This document shows, in pieces, positions 1-8,357 of a stretch of DNA of 64,000 bases; positions within the stretch are counted from its first letter, which is position 1, and every line of letters starts with the position of its first letter. Both the position numbers and the translations under genes were made by a program. Origin of the DNA: a virus (taxonomy: Duplodnaviria > Heunggongvirae > Uroviricota > Caudoviricetes); the IMG/VR virus record IMGVR_UViG_3300032236_001858; one strand, written 5' to 3'. Under the pieces are notes generated by a model that ran no database searches, was not told where the DNA came from, and was given only the letters and a program-made list of their open reading frames with translations.

Positions 1-275
1 GAGATACTTCGATACAAATATCAATTACTATGACAGCCAAAGTGCCGAGCCGACAGCAAAGCTACCACCGACAAGTGTCACACTTGTAGGTTCAATCTCT
101 AACGAGTTTGGTAAAATGGTGAAAAGTCCGAAAAGCAACCACGTTAAAGGTCTAAGGAATTCAGAAACTTCCTTTAAATAAAGAACTGAGTGAGATAGTC
201 ACTATAACCATCGGCAAAGTTTCGGGAGAATTCTTTGTAACGCTTAGGCTAAATTTACTTGTTTGCGATAATTAT
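1..275 (+). ncRNA. Candidate structured ncRNA/leader upstream of Ro60 (possibly Y RNA-like); 5' end may lie outside the window
   Basis: No ORF; visibly more GC-rich than other intergenic DNA; stems ACAAGTG/CACTTGT (71-87), AAGGAA/TTCCTT (154-174), AGTGA/TCACT (189-203); possible long-range TGCCGA(43-48)/TCGGCA(211-216); T-loop-like GGTTCAATC (89-97); GTCCGA at 126-131; adjacent to TROVE gene. Confidence 0.55.
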
Positions 276-318
276 AAAAGACCAGATTAACAGAAATGTT
301 ATCTGGTCTTTTTTTTTT
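276..318 (+). terminator. Intrinsic terminator directly upstream of the Ro60 gene
   Basis: AAAAGACCAGATTAACA-GAAA-TGTTATCTGGTCTTTT stem followed by a run of T. Confidence 0.85.
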
Positions 319-352
319 GTAAAAAAATTAATAAAAATTAAAAATATAGATT

Positions 353-1804
353 ATGTCAAAATTTAACACAACAATGCCAAAGGCAAAGACTTTAACTGAA
401 AACTTAGCAGGTGGACAAGCTTATTCACAATCTGATGAATTGGCTTTGGTATCACTATTATTAACATCATTTGTTAATGACCAGTTTTATAGAAATGCTC
501 AAACATCATTAGATGAGTTGAGAAGACTTTCTGCTAAAGTGAAAGATAAAGAGTTTGTTGCTAAGGCGGCTATCTTTGCTCGTGACCGTTTCGGTATGAG
601 AAGTATTACTCATGCTCTTGCTGGTGAATTAACTTCACAACTATCGGGTGCTGAGTGGGGTAAAAACTTCTACGACAAAGTAGTTGTTCGTGTTGATGAT
701 ATGACTGAAATCATGTCATACTACTTAGCTTATAAGACTTCTAAAGATAGTCCTAAGTTTCCAAACGCCTTGAAGAAAGGTTTTGCTAAGGCTTTTGATA
801 AGTTTGATGGTTACCAATTAGCTAAGTACAAAGGTGACAACAAAGAAGTGAAACTTGTTGACTTGGTTAACATTGTTCACCCAGTTCCTACCTTTAGAAA
901 CAAAGCGGCTCTTGAGTCACTTGTTAAAGGTGAGTTGAAAAACACACAAACTTGGGAATCTATGTTGTCTCAAGCTGGTCAAGTAGCTGAGTCTGAAGAA
1001 GACTTGACTAAATTGAAGTCTGATGCTTGGTCTGAATTGATTTCTACTAAGAAGATTGGTTACTTTGCGCTTCTTAGAAACTTGAGAAACATTATCACTC
1101 AAGCCCCAACAGCTGTTAAATCAGCTTGTGAAATGTTAGTTGATGAAAAGTTGATTAAGAACTCAAGAGTTCTTCCATTCCGTTTCTCAACTGCTTATGA
1201 AGAAATCAGTAAGATTGGTTCTTCTAAAGAAGTAAGAGATGTTCTTATGGCAATTAACCAAGCGCTTGATATTTCTGTTGCTAACGTACCAGTATTTGAC
1301 GGTGAAACACTTGTTGTTATGGACGTCTCTGGTTCTATGAGTGGTAGACCATCTGAGATTGCGTCATTGTTTGGTGCTATCTTGGCTAAAGTTAATAACT
1401 GTGATGTTATGACTTTCTCTACTGATGCTAAGTATATGTCTTATAATCCAATGGATTCTGTAATGACTATTAGAAATAGCTTCAGATTCTCTGGTGGTGG
1501 AACAAACTTCCGTTCTATCTTCCAGAAGGCTAACAAGAAGTATGACAGAGTTATTATCTTGTCAGACATGCAAGGTTGGGTGGGTTATACTAGTCCATCT
1601 GCGGACTTTTCTCAGTATAAAAAGAAATACAGTGCTAACCCATTTGTATATTCTTGGGATCTTGCTGGTTACTCTACACTTCAATTCCCAGAACAAAATG
1701 TCTTTGCTTTGGCTGGATTCAGTGATAAGGTTTTTCAAATAATGTCTCTTCTTGAAGAAGATAAACAAGCATTATTGAATGAAGTCAGAAGCATAAAAAT
1801 ATAA
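353..1804 (+). CDS. rsr: TROVE-domain RNA-binding protein (Ro60/Rsr family) with C-terminal vWA domain
   Basis: AIFARDRFGMRS, KKGFAKAFDKFDGYQLAKY, TWESMLS, YFALLRNLRNI; vWA MIDAS DVSGSM, GGGTN, ILSDMQ. Confidence 0.92.
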   Translation: MSKFNTTMPKAKTLTENLAGGQAYSQSDELALVSLLLTSFVNDQFYRNAQTSLDELRRLSAKVKDKEFVAKAAIFARDRFGMRSITHALAGELTSQLSGAEWGKNFYDKVVVRVDDMTEIMSYYLAYKTSKDSPKFPNALKKGFAKAFDKFDGYQLAKYKGDNKEVKLVDLVNIVHPVPTFRNKAALESLVKGELKNTQTWESMLSQAGQVAESEEDLTKLKSDAWSELISTKKIGYFALLRNLRNIITQAPTAVKSACEMLVDEKLIKNSRVLPFRFSTAYEEISKIGSSKEVRDVLMAINQALDISVANVPVFDGETLVVMDVSGSMSGRPSEIASLFGAILAKVNNCDVMTFSTDAKYMSYNPMDSVMTIRNSFRFSGGGTNFRSIFQKANKKYDRVIILSDMQGWVGYTSPSADFSQYKKKYSANPFVYSWDLAGYSTLQFPEQNVFALAGFSDKVFQIMSLLEEDKQALLNEVRSIKI

Positions 1805-2269
1805 TTATGCTTCTGGTTTTCTAACCTCATTATTTTCATGTCTTTTTATCCAATTACAATTATGACATAATATTTGATAAGTGTTATCGGTATCCGATAA
1901 CACTTTTTTGTAATATGAAAAAACAGATGAACGACTTTTAAGCTCTTTATAACCACCTCCATTTATATGATCTATACATAAAGCTCTCTTGTCTTCAAAT
2001 CCACATCTTGAACAAGAGTGTCCTAGTTTGTCAAATATTTTTTCTTTAATATCACCTAATTTGTCTTTAGACCATTCTTTTTGATATACTCTTCTATAAT
2101 CCTTATTATTTTCCTTCCACTCTTTTTGTTTCTCTTTCTTTCTTAAAATTCTTTCAGGATTTTCCAATTTATCCTTTTCATATTTTTTTTTATTTAGAGC
2201 TTTAATTTTTTCTGGATTATTTTTTCTCCATTGTCTAATATATTCTCTTTTTTCTTCTATTGTTTTCAT
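1805..2269 (-). CDS. HNH endonuclease with basic N-terminal helical repeats
   Basis: CSRCG...LCIDHINGGG...YQILCHNCNWIKRH. Confidence 0.8.
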   Translation of the reverse strand: MKTIEEKREYIRQWRKNNPEKIKALNKKKYEKDKLENPERILRKKEKQKEWKENNKDYRRVYQKEWSKDKLGDIKEKIFDKLGHSCSRCGFEDKRALCIDHINGGGYKELKSRSSVFSYYKKVLSDTDNTYQILCHNCNWIKRHENNEVRKPEA

Positions 2270-2410
2270 TTACTTATTATCATTTTTTATATCAATGTAG
2301 ATATATCTACCTGATGGAAGTGTTTCTACTTTTATCCATCCTTTTTTAACCCAATTACTAAGAGTATTTCTTGTAATGTTGTATTTTTCCATTATTTCTT
2401 TTGCTTTCAT
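2270..2410 (-). CDS. 46-aa MerR/Xis-type helix-turn-helix protein (not in ORF track)
   Basis: Manual translation MKAKEIMEKYNITRNTLSNWVKKGWIKVETLPSGRYIYIDIKNDNK; TAATG overlap with the HNH start; TAATATATA 4 nt upstream. Confidence 0.75.
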   Translation of the reverse strand: MKAKEIMEKYNITRNTLSNWVKKGWIKVETLPSGRYIYIDIKNDNK

Positions 2411-2507
2411 AATTTATATATTAAATCAGAAAAATCATTTTTGTATATTTTTGTATATTTAATAACAAGGTCTTAATAAAATAATATATAAAGAAAATAA
2501 AAATGAC

Positions 2508-2795
2508 ATGAAAATAGATAAATTTAATGAATTTGTTAGCTCTGAAATATACACTCTTATAGAAAAATCTGAATCCACGCCATTGTCTGATCCAATAGCT
2601 ATTTCACAAAGAGATTCCTACAAAAAGTTACTATCTATGGGTGATAAAGTACTACCATATATTTTAGAAAGAAAATCATACATATGGAATATAGCTCTTA
2701 AAGAGTTAACCGGTGTTGAACCTATTGGTGATAAGAGTAGTGAGATAATGGAATTTTGGGAAAAATGGTCAATTGAAAATGGTTATAAGAAGTGA
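2508..2795 (+). CDS. Hypothetical protein with capsid-targeting-like leader; resembles the small helical partner commonly found next to DUF7689-type genes
   Basis: MKIDKFNEFVSSE; SYKKLLSMGDKVLPYIL...WNIALKELTG...FWEKW. Confidence 0.6.
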   Translation: MKIDKFNEFVSSEIYTLIEKSESTPLSDPIAISQRDSYKKLLSMGDKVLPYILERKSYIWNIALKELTGVEPIGDKSSEIMEFWEKWSIENGYKK

Positions 2796-3207
2796 TATTG
2801 AATATTGGTTTCCTAATATAGTAGGTAAAAATTTTAAAATAATAAAATCTGAAGGTGATTTTAATTGTGTCTCATATACATTGGATATATATGATGGTTG
2901 GATGTGGACAAATACTGAAATTTGGCCATATGATAAAATACCCAGAGATTCAGGAATTAATGGTTTTAAAAATTTATATAACTTATATGGATATTTTGAG
3001 TGTGAGAATGCAAATTTTGAGGAGGGATTTGAAAAAGTAGCATTTTATTCAAAAAATGGATATCCAACTCATGCTTCTAAACAATTTGGTAATATTTGGC
3101 GCAGTAAACTAGGTCCCTCTGTTATAATAGAGCACGAAAAAAGTAAACTAAAAACCCACTCAATTGAGTGGGCTTTTTTAATCTCTAAAAATATAATCAT
3201 CGATTGA
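2773..3207 (+). CDS. DUF7689-like protein (predicted papain-like fold), possibly C-terminally truncated
   Basis: FNCVSYTL, GFEKVAFY, PTHASKQ, WRSKLG, IIEH; reading frame runs through a terminator into the convergent gene. Confidence 0.55.
   Translation: MKMVIRSDIEYWFPNIVGKNFKIIKSEGDFNCVSYTLDIYDGWMWTNTEIWPYDKIPRDSGINGFKNLYNLYGYFECENANFEEGFEKVAFYSKNGYPTHASKQFGNIWRSKLGPSVIIEHEKSKLKTHSIEWAFLISKNIIID
3150..3179. terminator. Bidirectional intrinsic terminator
   Basis: AAAAA-CCCACTC-AATT-GAGTGGG-CTTTTTT between convergent genes. Confidence 0.75.
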
Positions 3208-3897
3208 GTTGGTTATTTCAATTTCATCTATTGTGAATTGTTTAGTTGTTTTATTATATGATCCTACTCTGTATAAATCATCATTAACGAAAACACCAAC
3301 TTGAATATAGTCTTCATCATCAACGGTATCCATATATCTATCAAAGTCTATATTATCCTCTTTATAAATATCTCTAAGTCTTTTTAATCCAGCTAAATAT
3401 TCTTTATCTTGAAAATTAATATAATCTGTATAAGATTTTTTCAATTCTTCTGTACTTATTTCATTGCTAATAAAATATATTTCAAAAGTATGAACAACTC
3501 TTTCATGTCCGTTTGTTTTATCTATATTATATTCACTTTTTTCAAGTTTTAATCCTTCTTCTTCAACTCTATCTATCATTTCTTCTACAGAAATTTTAAT
3601 AGTATTTAGATTTTCAAGAACCTTATTGAAATTATTTTTACCTGGAACTAAACTGTATTGAATTTGACAAGTGTAAAGTAATCTATATTTTTCATTATCA
3701 TCAACCTCAGTATTAACAGCATGACCTTTTGAGTCAATTAGATATCTGTAGTTATTAACTCTAGCAAAGTCTTTGACATCAACTAAACTATCATTGAATA
3801 TATCGGTTGATATAGCTTTAGATTTTATGAAATCCGAATATTCTTGAGATGTTCCAAAAGACTCTTTAATAAAGTCATTATACCTCTTTAATCTCAT
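3178..3897 (-). CDS. Hypothetical protein with capsid-targeting-like leader
   Basis: 239-aa ORF; N-terminus MRLKRYNDFIKES. Confidence 0.75.
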   Translation of the reverse strand: MRLKRYNDFIKESFGTSQEYSDFIKSKAISTDIFNDSLVDVKDFARVNNYRYLIDSKGHAVNTEVDDNEKYRLLYTCQIQYSLVPGKNNFNKVLENLNTIKISVEEMIDRVEEEGLKLEKSEYNIDKTNGHERVVHTFEIYFISNEISTEELKKSYTDYINFQDKEYLAGLKRLRDIYKEDNIDFDRYMDTVDDEDYIQVGVFVNDDLYRVGSYNKTTKQFTIDEIEITNSIDDYIFRD

Positions 3898-4730
3898 TTG
3901 AATGATTGATTTTTTAATATCATTTTAACATGAGTCGAATGAGTTAAATCTACATTAAAGTCTCTTTTTACTTCTTTTTTCAAATAAGGTAACACAAAAT
4001 CATCTTCATATTGAATTGAATAGTCAGATGGTATTTTAGACTTTAGTGTTTCTAATGTTATTGGTAAATAGTTTTCATTTACTTCTCTTTGCCAGTTGTC
4101 AGTATATTTATACTTTAGTAAGAAATGTATAAAGTTTCTATAATCTGAGTTTATACTACCCCATATGTTTTCAAAAGAAAGAAGATAGTTTTTGTCAGCT
4201 TTTCTTCTTACCTTTTTAGCGTCCTCTTTGAAGTTATTAATCTCATTTCTTGTTAATTGTACAGATGGCATCATATCTCTTATTGTGATATATTTAAAAT
4301 TACCACCAAAAACTTGACTATTCCAAAACTTATTAACCGTTAAACTATTTGAATATGAATAAACCTCATGTATAACAGAACTTAAATTTAGCAAAGGATG
4401 TTTTAATCCTGATAACTCTTTGATTACAATTTGCCAATCGTTAGTTAATATTGCATTCTTTGGTAATTTACCAGAAGCTTTATCTAACATTGTTTGGTCT
4501 AAATCATACCCAATGATTTTAACATTTGGTCTCATCTTAGATACACTTTGTAAAAAAGAACCATCGGCGCAACCAAAGTCAACAATAACATCAAATTTTA
4601 CCTCTTCTAGAAAGAATAACTTATCAGACATGGTTGTATTCATGTCGATGATATACTTATCATAGTTAGATATAGGTTTTTCACCTACTAATTCTTCTAA
4701 AAATAATTGCCAAGATAAAATTCTATTCAT
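3894..4730 (-). CDS. Class I SAM-dependent methyltransferase with capsid-targeting-like leader
   Basis: VIVDFGCADG (motif I), IGYDLD, LSSVIHEVYSY; N-terminus MNRILSWQLFLEE. Confidence 0.8.
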   Translation of the reverse strand: MNRILSWQLFLEELVGEKPISNYDKYIIDMNTTMSDKLFFLEEVKFDVIVDFGCADGSFLQSVSKMRPNVKIIGYDLDQTMLDKASGKLPKNAILTNDWQIVIKELSGLKHPLLNLSSVIHEVYSYSNSLTVNKFWNSQVFGGNFKYITIRDMMPSVQLTRNEINNFKEDAKKVRRKADKNYLLSFENIWGSINSDYRNFIHFLLKYKYTDNWQREVNENYLPITLETLKSKIPSDYSIQYEDDFVLPYLKKEVKRDFNVDLTHSTHVKMILKNQSFK

Positions 4731-4734
4731 AGTG

Positions 4735-4743
4735 TATATATTA
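4735..4743 (-). promoter_or_regulatory. Late-type promoter motif TAATATATA
   Basis: 4 nt before ATG 4730; the same motif and spacing recur before many genes. Confidence 0.65.
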
Positions 4744-4745
4744 AA

Positions 4746-5516
4746 TTATTTCCAAATTTTTTCCAGGTCTATCTTTGAGTTTATATCAATTACTTTATTA
4801 CCTTTCTTTAATGAGTACTTTTGAATAGGTTGGAACATTTTAATTATTTTCTTAACTTTTTTAGCATCAGAATCATCTATATCATAATTAAATATCTGAA
4901 TTAGATTTTCTATCTCATTAAAATTAATACTTTTCTTATTACCTAAAAAGTATATAAAATCATAGTTATACTTATTATATCTAACTGCATCTGGCTCATC
5001 TGATTTACTTATAAGGTAATTAGTTAAACAATTCTCAACACCAATTGATGGTAGACTAAATTTAAAATCTTCAATGATAAACTCTTTTGATTCAGCATTG
5101 TAGCTTTTCATTACATCTTTATCAATCTTGAAGTAATTAAAATAATTTGATGAAAACTCAATATCAGTTTCTTGTCCTTTGTCATCATCAAAATATTTTA
5201 GACTTATAGCTTTTCCTTTTGTAAATCTTACTATTTCTAAGAATAAGAATACTATGTCAATGCTTTTTAGGTCGTTAAATGAGTAGCCATTTAGGAATAT
5301 GGCATTTTTTTCTACAATTTTTTTAAGTTTAGTTATTACTAAACCCAAATCATCTTTGATGTAATTGTACTCGTATTCAATAATGTCCTCAATGTCGGCT
5401 TTTTTAATCACAACTTCAAAGTCATTATTGTAGAATAAACCTTGAGAAGGAAGTGATTTAGTATCTACTTTCTTTTGAAGATTTAATAACCCCTTTAATA
5501 GATTAGATAGATTCAT
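4746..5516 (-). CDS. Probable baseplate hub protein (T4 gp26-like)
   Basis: LPSQGLFY N-terminal motif, then IKK..IEDI..Y and LKSIDIVFLFLEIVRFTKG; size about 256 aa. Confidence 0.55.
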   Translation of the reverse strand: MNLSNLLKGLLNLQKKVDTKSLPSQGLFYNNDFEVVIKKADIEDIIEYEYNYIKDDLGLVITKLKKIVEKNAIFLNGYSFNDLKSIDIVFLFLEIVRFTKGKAISLKYFDDDKGQETDIEFSSNYFNYFKIDKDVMKSYNAESKEFIIEDFKFSLPSIGVENCLTNYLISKSDEPDAVRYNKYNYDFIYFLGNKKSINFNEIENLIQIFNYDIDDSDAKKVKKIIKMFQPIQKYSLKKGNKVIDINSKIDLEKIWK

Positions 5517-5579
5517 ATTTTACTGGTTATTTTTTATTATATATTATTTTTATGAAGGTCATGTTGTCGAATATATACT

Positions 5580-6299
5580 TTGATGATTTTACAAGGTGAT
5601 TGTTTTGAATTAATAAAAAATGTTGAAAGTAAGTCTGTGGATTTGATTTTAGTCGATCCACCTTATTTAATTTCAAGAGATTCAAACTTCAAAAGTTATT
5701 CAGATGATGCTTCAAAAGAACTAATAACTAAGTATGGTAAAGTATCAATAGACTTTGGTGACTGGGATAAAGGTGAGTTAGATTGGGATTTTTTATTCAA
5801 AGAATACAATCGTATTTTAAAAGACGGTGGTACTTTAATTATCTTTTATGATGTTTGGAAATCAACCGAGATTAAGGCTATGGCTGATAAATACAAATTC
5901 AAACAACCAAGAGTTTGTCAATGGCAGAAATCAAATCCAGTTCCTATTAATTCTAAATTGAATTACTTATCAAATGCTATTGAATTCTTTTTCACTTTTG
6001 TAAAAGGAAAGAAACCTACTTTTCATTCAGTTTATGATAATGGTGTTTATAAATATCCAATTTGTCACGGTAAAGAAAGATATGAACATCCAACTCAAAA
6101 GCCATTACAACTGATATCAGACATTATAAACAAACATTCAAATCCGGGTGATGTGGTGCTTGATAATTTTGCTGGTACTGGTACAACAGCACATGCTTGT
6201 ATATTAAATGATAGAAGATATATAGTTATTGAAAGAGATGAGAAGTATTTTGAAATAATAAAATCAAGAATTGATGGTTTAGTAGAACCAATAAAATAA
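5580..6299 (+). CDS. Solitary DNA amino-methyltransferase (N6A/N4C, beta class)
   Basis: DLILVDPPY, HPTQKP, VLDNFAGTGTT, IERDEKY. Confidence 0.92.
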   Translation: MMILQGDCFELIKNVESKSVDLILVDPPYLISRDSNFKSYSDDASKELITKYGKVSIDFGDWDKGELDWDFLFKEYNRILKDGGTLIIFYDVWKSTEIKAMADKYKFKQPRVCQWQKSNPVPINSKLNYLSNAIEFFFTFVKGKKPTFHSVYDNGVYKYPICHGKERYEHPTQKPLQLISDIINKHSNPGDVVLDNFAGTGTTAHACILNDRRYIVIERDEKYFEIIKSRIDGLVEPIK

Positions 6300-6310
6300 A
6301 ATATAAAATT

Positions 6311-6706
6311 ATGTCTATTGTAGTAAGAAACTCAGATTTAAATGAAGAAACGTTAGCCGCTTTAAATAAATTGGTTGATGTTGATATTAATGCCTCGGTT
6401 GCTTTTAAGTTAATGAGAATTATTAAAGAAATTACATCTATTGTTGATGATAAAACTAAAATGGAACAACGCCTTATTAATAAACACGCCGAAAAAGATG
6501 AAGATGGTAATGTTATTAGAGTTCAAGATGATAATGGTAATCCAGTTGGTGTTAATATTAAAAATATGGATGCTTACTCAGCTGATATGGCTAATCTAAT
6601 GGAGATTGAAAATGAAATAGGTTATGAAAAGATTAACTTTGAAGACTTAAATCTAAAGACAGCAAGAGTAAAGGATTTAATAAGATTAGAATTTCTTTTT
6701 AATTAA
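6311..6706 (+). CDS. Small helical phage protein (DUF1617-like)
   Basis: LAALNKL...VAFKLMRIIKEI...LINKHAEKDEDG...LMEIENEI pattern. Confidence 0.5.
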   Translation: MSIVVRNSDLNEETLAALNKLVDVDINASVAFKLMRIIKEITSIVDDKTKMEQRLINKHAEKDEDGNVIRVQDDNGNPVGVNIKNMDAYSADMANLMEIENEIGYEKINFEDLNLKTARVKDLIRLEFLFN

Positions 6707-6758
6707 TCCAATAAATAGTCTTGTCTTTTTAATATATACAAAAAAAGATTACGACTAA

Positions 6759-8354
6759 ATGCCAGCTACATATAGTATAAATGTTGGAACTCCAACAGAA
6801 GCTTTAAGAAAGCAAGATATTAATAGTGTACTATTAGATTTACCTGATAATACTCAAAAACTAATATCCCCTAAAGATGTTAGAGATGCTTTTCTATCAG
6901 CTTGGGCTACGTCAGCTTTTAAACAAACAATTGGTCAGGCAAGTATAGAATATCTTGGTATTGATTCAGGTAATCCTGATAATAGAGATATTAAAGAAAA
7001 GATTTTCATTGGTAAGAGAAGTTATACTGGATTGGATATAATGAACAATTCTCTTCTTGGTGATAGTAACAACGATATTTATATTTATAATACTAAGCCG
7101 GACTCGGCTACTCAGAGTACTAAAATTGTTATTTTAGCTGGCACTAACTCATCATTACATGTTAATGCTCCTTATATTCAATCAAGCTCTGTAAATTCTA
7201 GCACAGCACTTGATTTAAATTTAGTTAACCCTTCTTTATTTTCAGGTCCTATTAACATTTATAGTAATACTGGTAGAGTGGCTATCAATGGTATAACTTT
7301 TCCAACCGTTGCTGAAACATCAGCATCAGCATCAAATGGTAAAATTTTAAAGTATTATGGTTCTTATCCAAATGGTGTTCTTAAATGGGCTGATCCATCT
7401 GTAAGTATAGCTTCTATTGGTACGCCTGGTTCACCAACAAACATTTATGGTAGTCCAAGTAATGTAAATGGTCACTCATTAGAGTTTGTTGATAATACAA
7501 TAGTTCCTTTAAGTGTTGGTGGTGTTCAACAAGGAAGTTCTTTTTCAGCTGGTTCTTATCAAGGTCAGAATTGGCCTTTATCAGAGGTTATTAGAAAGCT
7601 ATTATACCCTTATGTTCCACCAACCTTGTCTTGTAGTGTGACAAATACACAAAATAGTACAAATTATTTTTCAACCGGATTAACATATTCTTCAGGTTAT
7701 CCAGGTGCTTTATTTAGATATTCAATTACCAGATATTCAAGTGATATTAGTAGTTATAATATAAGTGGTACAACATATTCAGGCTTATCATTTTCAGGAA
7801 ATGTAGGTAGTCAATTAGTTGCTACTTTTAGTTCTGCTATTTATAGTAATACTGCTGGTACTCAAAGTTATGTTTTAAATGTTAGAGATAACAATGTACT
7901 TATGACATTTTCATATAGTGCTACTGCTTCCGCTGTATTTGTTCATCCTTCTTTTTATAGCTTTAACTCAACCTATATTGACTTTTTTGGAGGAATACCA
8001 TCAACTGTTTCTGCTCAAGTTGGTGCTTTAATGAATTCTTCAACTAGATTGGCTTTTCCTTATATAGCATCGAATTCTATATTTCATAGACAAGATATAT
8101 CTCTGAACTATGTAGGTAGTGGTTACATATATTTTGTAATTCCATCTTCGTATCAATTATCACAGATTAAGGATCCTAATGGATTTATAGTACATGACTA
8201 TACAAGAGTAGGTTCATCGGCGTTTACTTATTCAAATCCTATTACTCCAACGGGTGGTAATAATTTACCAACTCCACCTACAACATGGGTGGTGTATAGA
8301 ACAATAGCAACTTGTAGTTATACAGGTGGTGGTAATTTTGAATTTATATTTTAA
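6759..8354 (+). CDS. Putative virion structural protein (paralog of 8358..9857)
   Basis: S/T/G-rich beta-type composition; shares ISPKDVRDA, SAFKQT, YIQS, LLYPYVPP with the next gene. Confidence 0.65.
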   Translation: MPATYSINVGTPTEALRKQDINSVLLDLPDNTQKLISPKDVRDAFLSAWATSAFKQTIGQASIEYLGIDSGNPDNRDIKEKIFIGKRSYTGLDIMNNSLLGDSNNDIYIYNTKPDSATQSTKIVILAGTNSSLHVNAPYIQSSSVNSSTALDLNLVNPSLFSGPINIYSNTGRVAINGITFPTVAETSASASNGKILKYYGSYPNGVLKWADPSVSIASIGTPGSPTNIYGSPSNVNGHSLEFVDNTIVPLSVGGVQQGSSFSAGSYQGQNWPLSEVIRKLLYPYVPPTLSCSVTNTQNSTNYFSTGLTYSSGYPGALFRYSITRYSSDISSYNISGTTYSGLSFSGNVGSQLVATFSSAIYSNTAGTQSYVLNVRDNNVLMTFSYSATASAVFVHPSFYSFNSTYIDFFGGIPSTVSAQVGALMNSSTRLAFPYIASNSIFHRQDISLNYVGSGYIYFVIPSSYQLSQIKDPNGFIVHDYTRVGSSAFTYSNPITPTGGNNLPTPPTTWVVYRTIATCSYTGGGNFEFIF

Positions 8355-8357
8355 GAT

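Noticed and set aside
1-318. T-box riboswitch or tRNA upstream of Ro60
   Set aside because: No T-box consensus (AAGGTGGnACC) before the terminator, and no cloverleaf with acceptor and anticodon arms could be built around the GGTTCAATC loop.
2270-2410. IS607 element suggested by the MerR-type HTH
   Set aside because: No serine recombinase catalytic domain or TnpB follows; the next gene is an HNH nuclease.
5580-6299. Restriction-modification system
   Set aside because: No cognate endonuclease is adjacent. An orphan MTase is ordinary for large phages.
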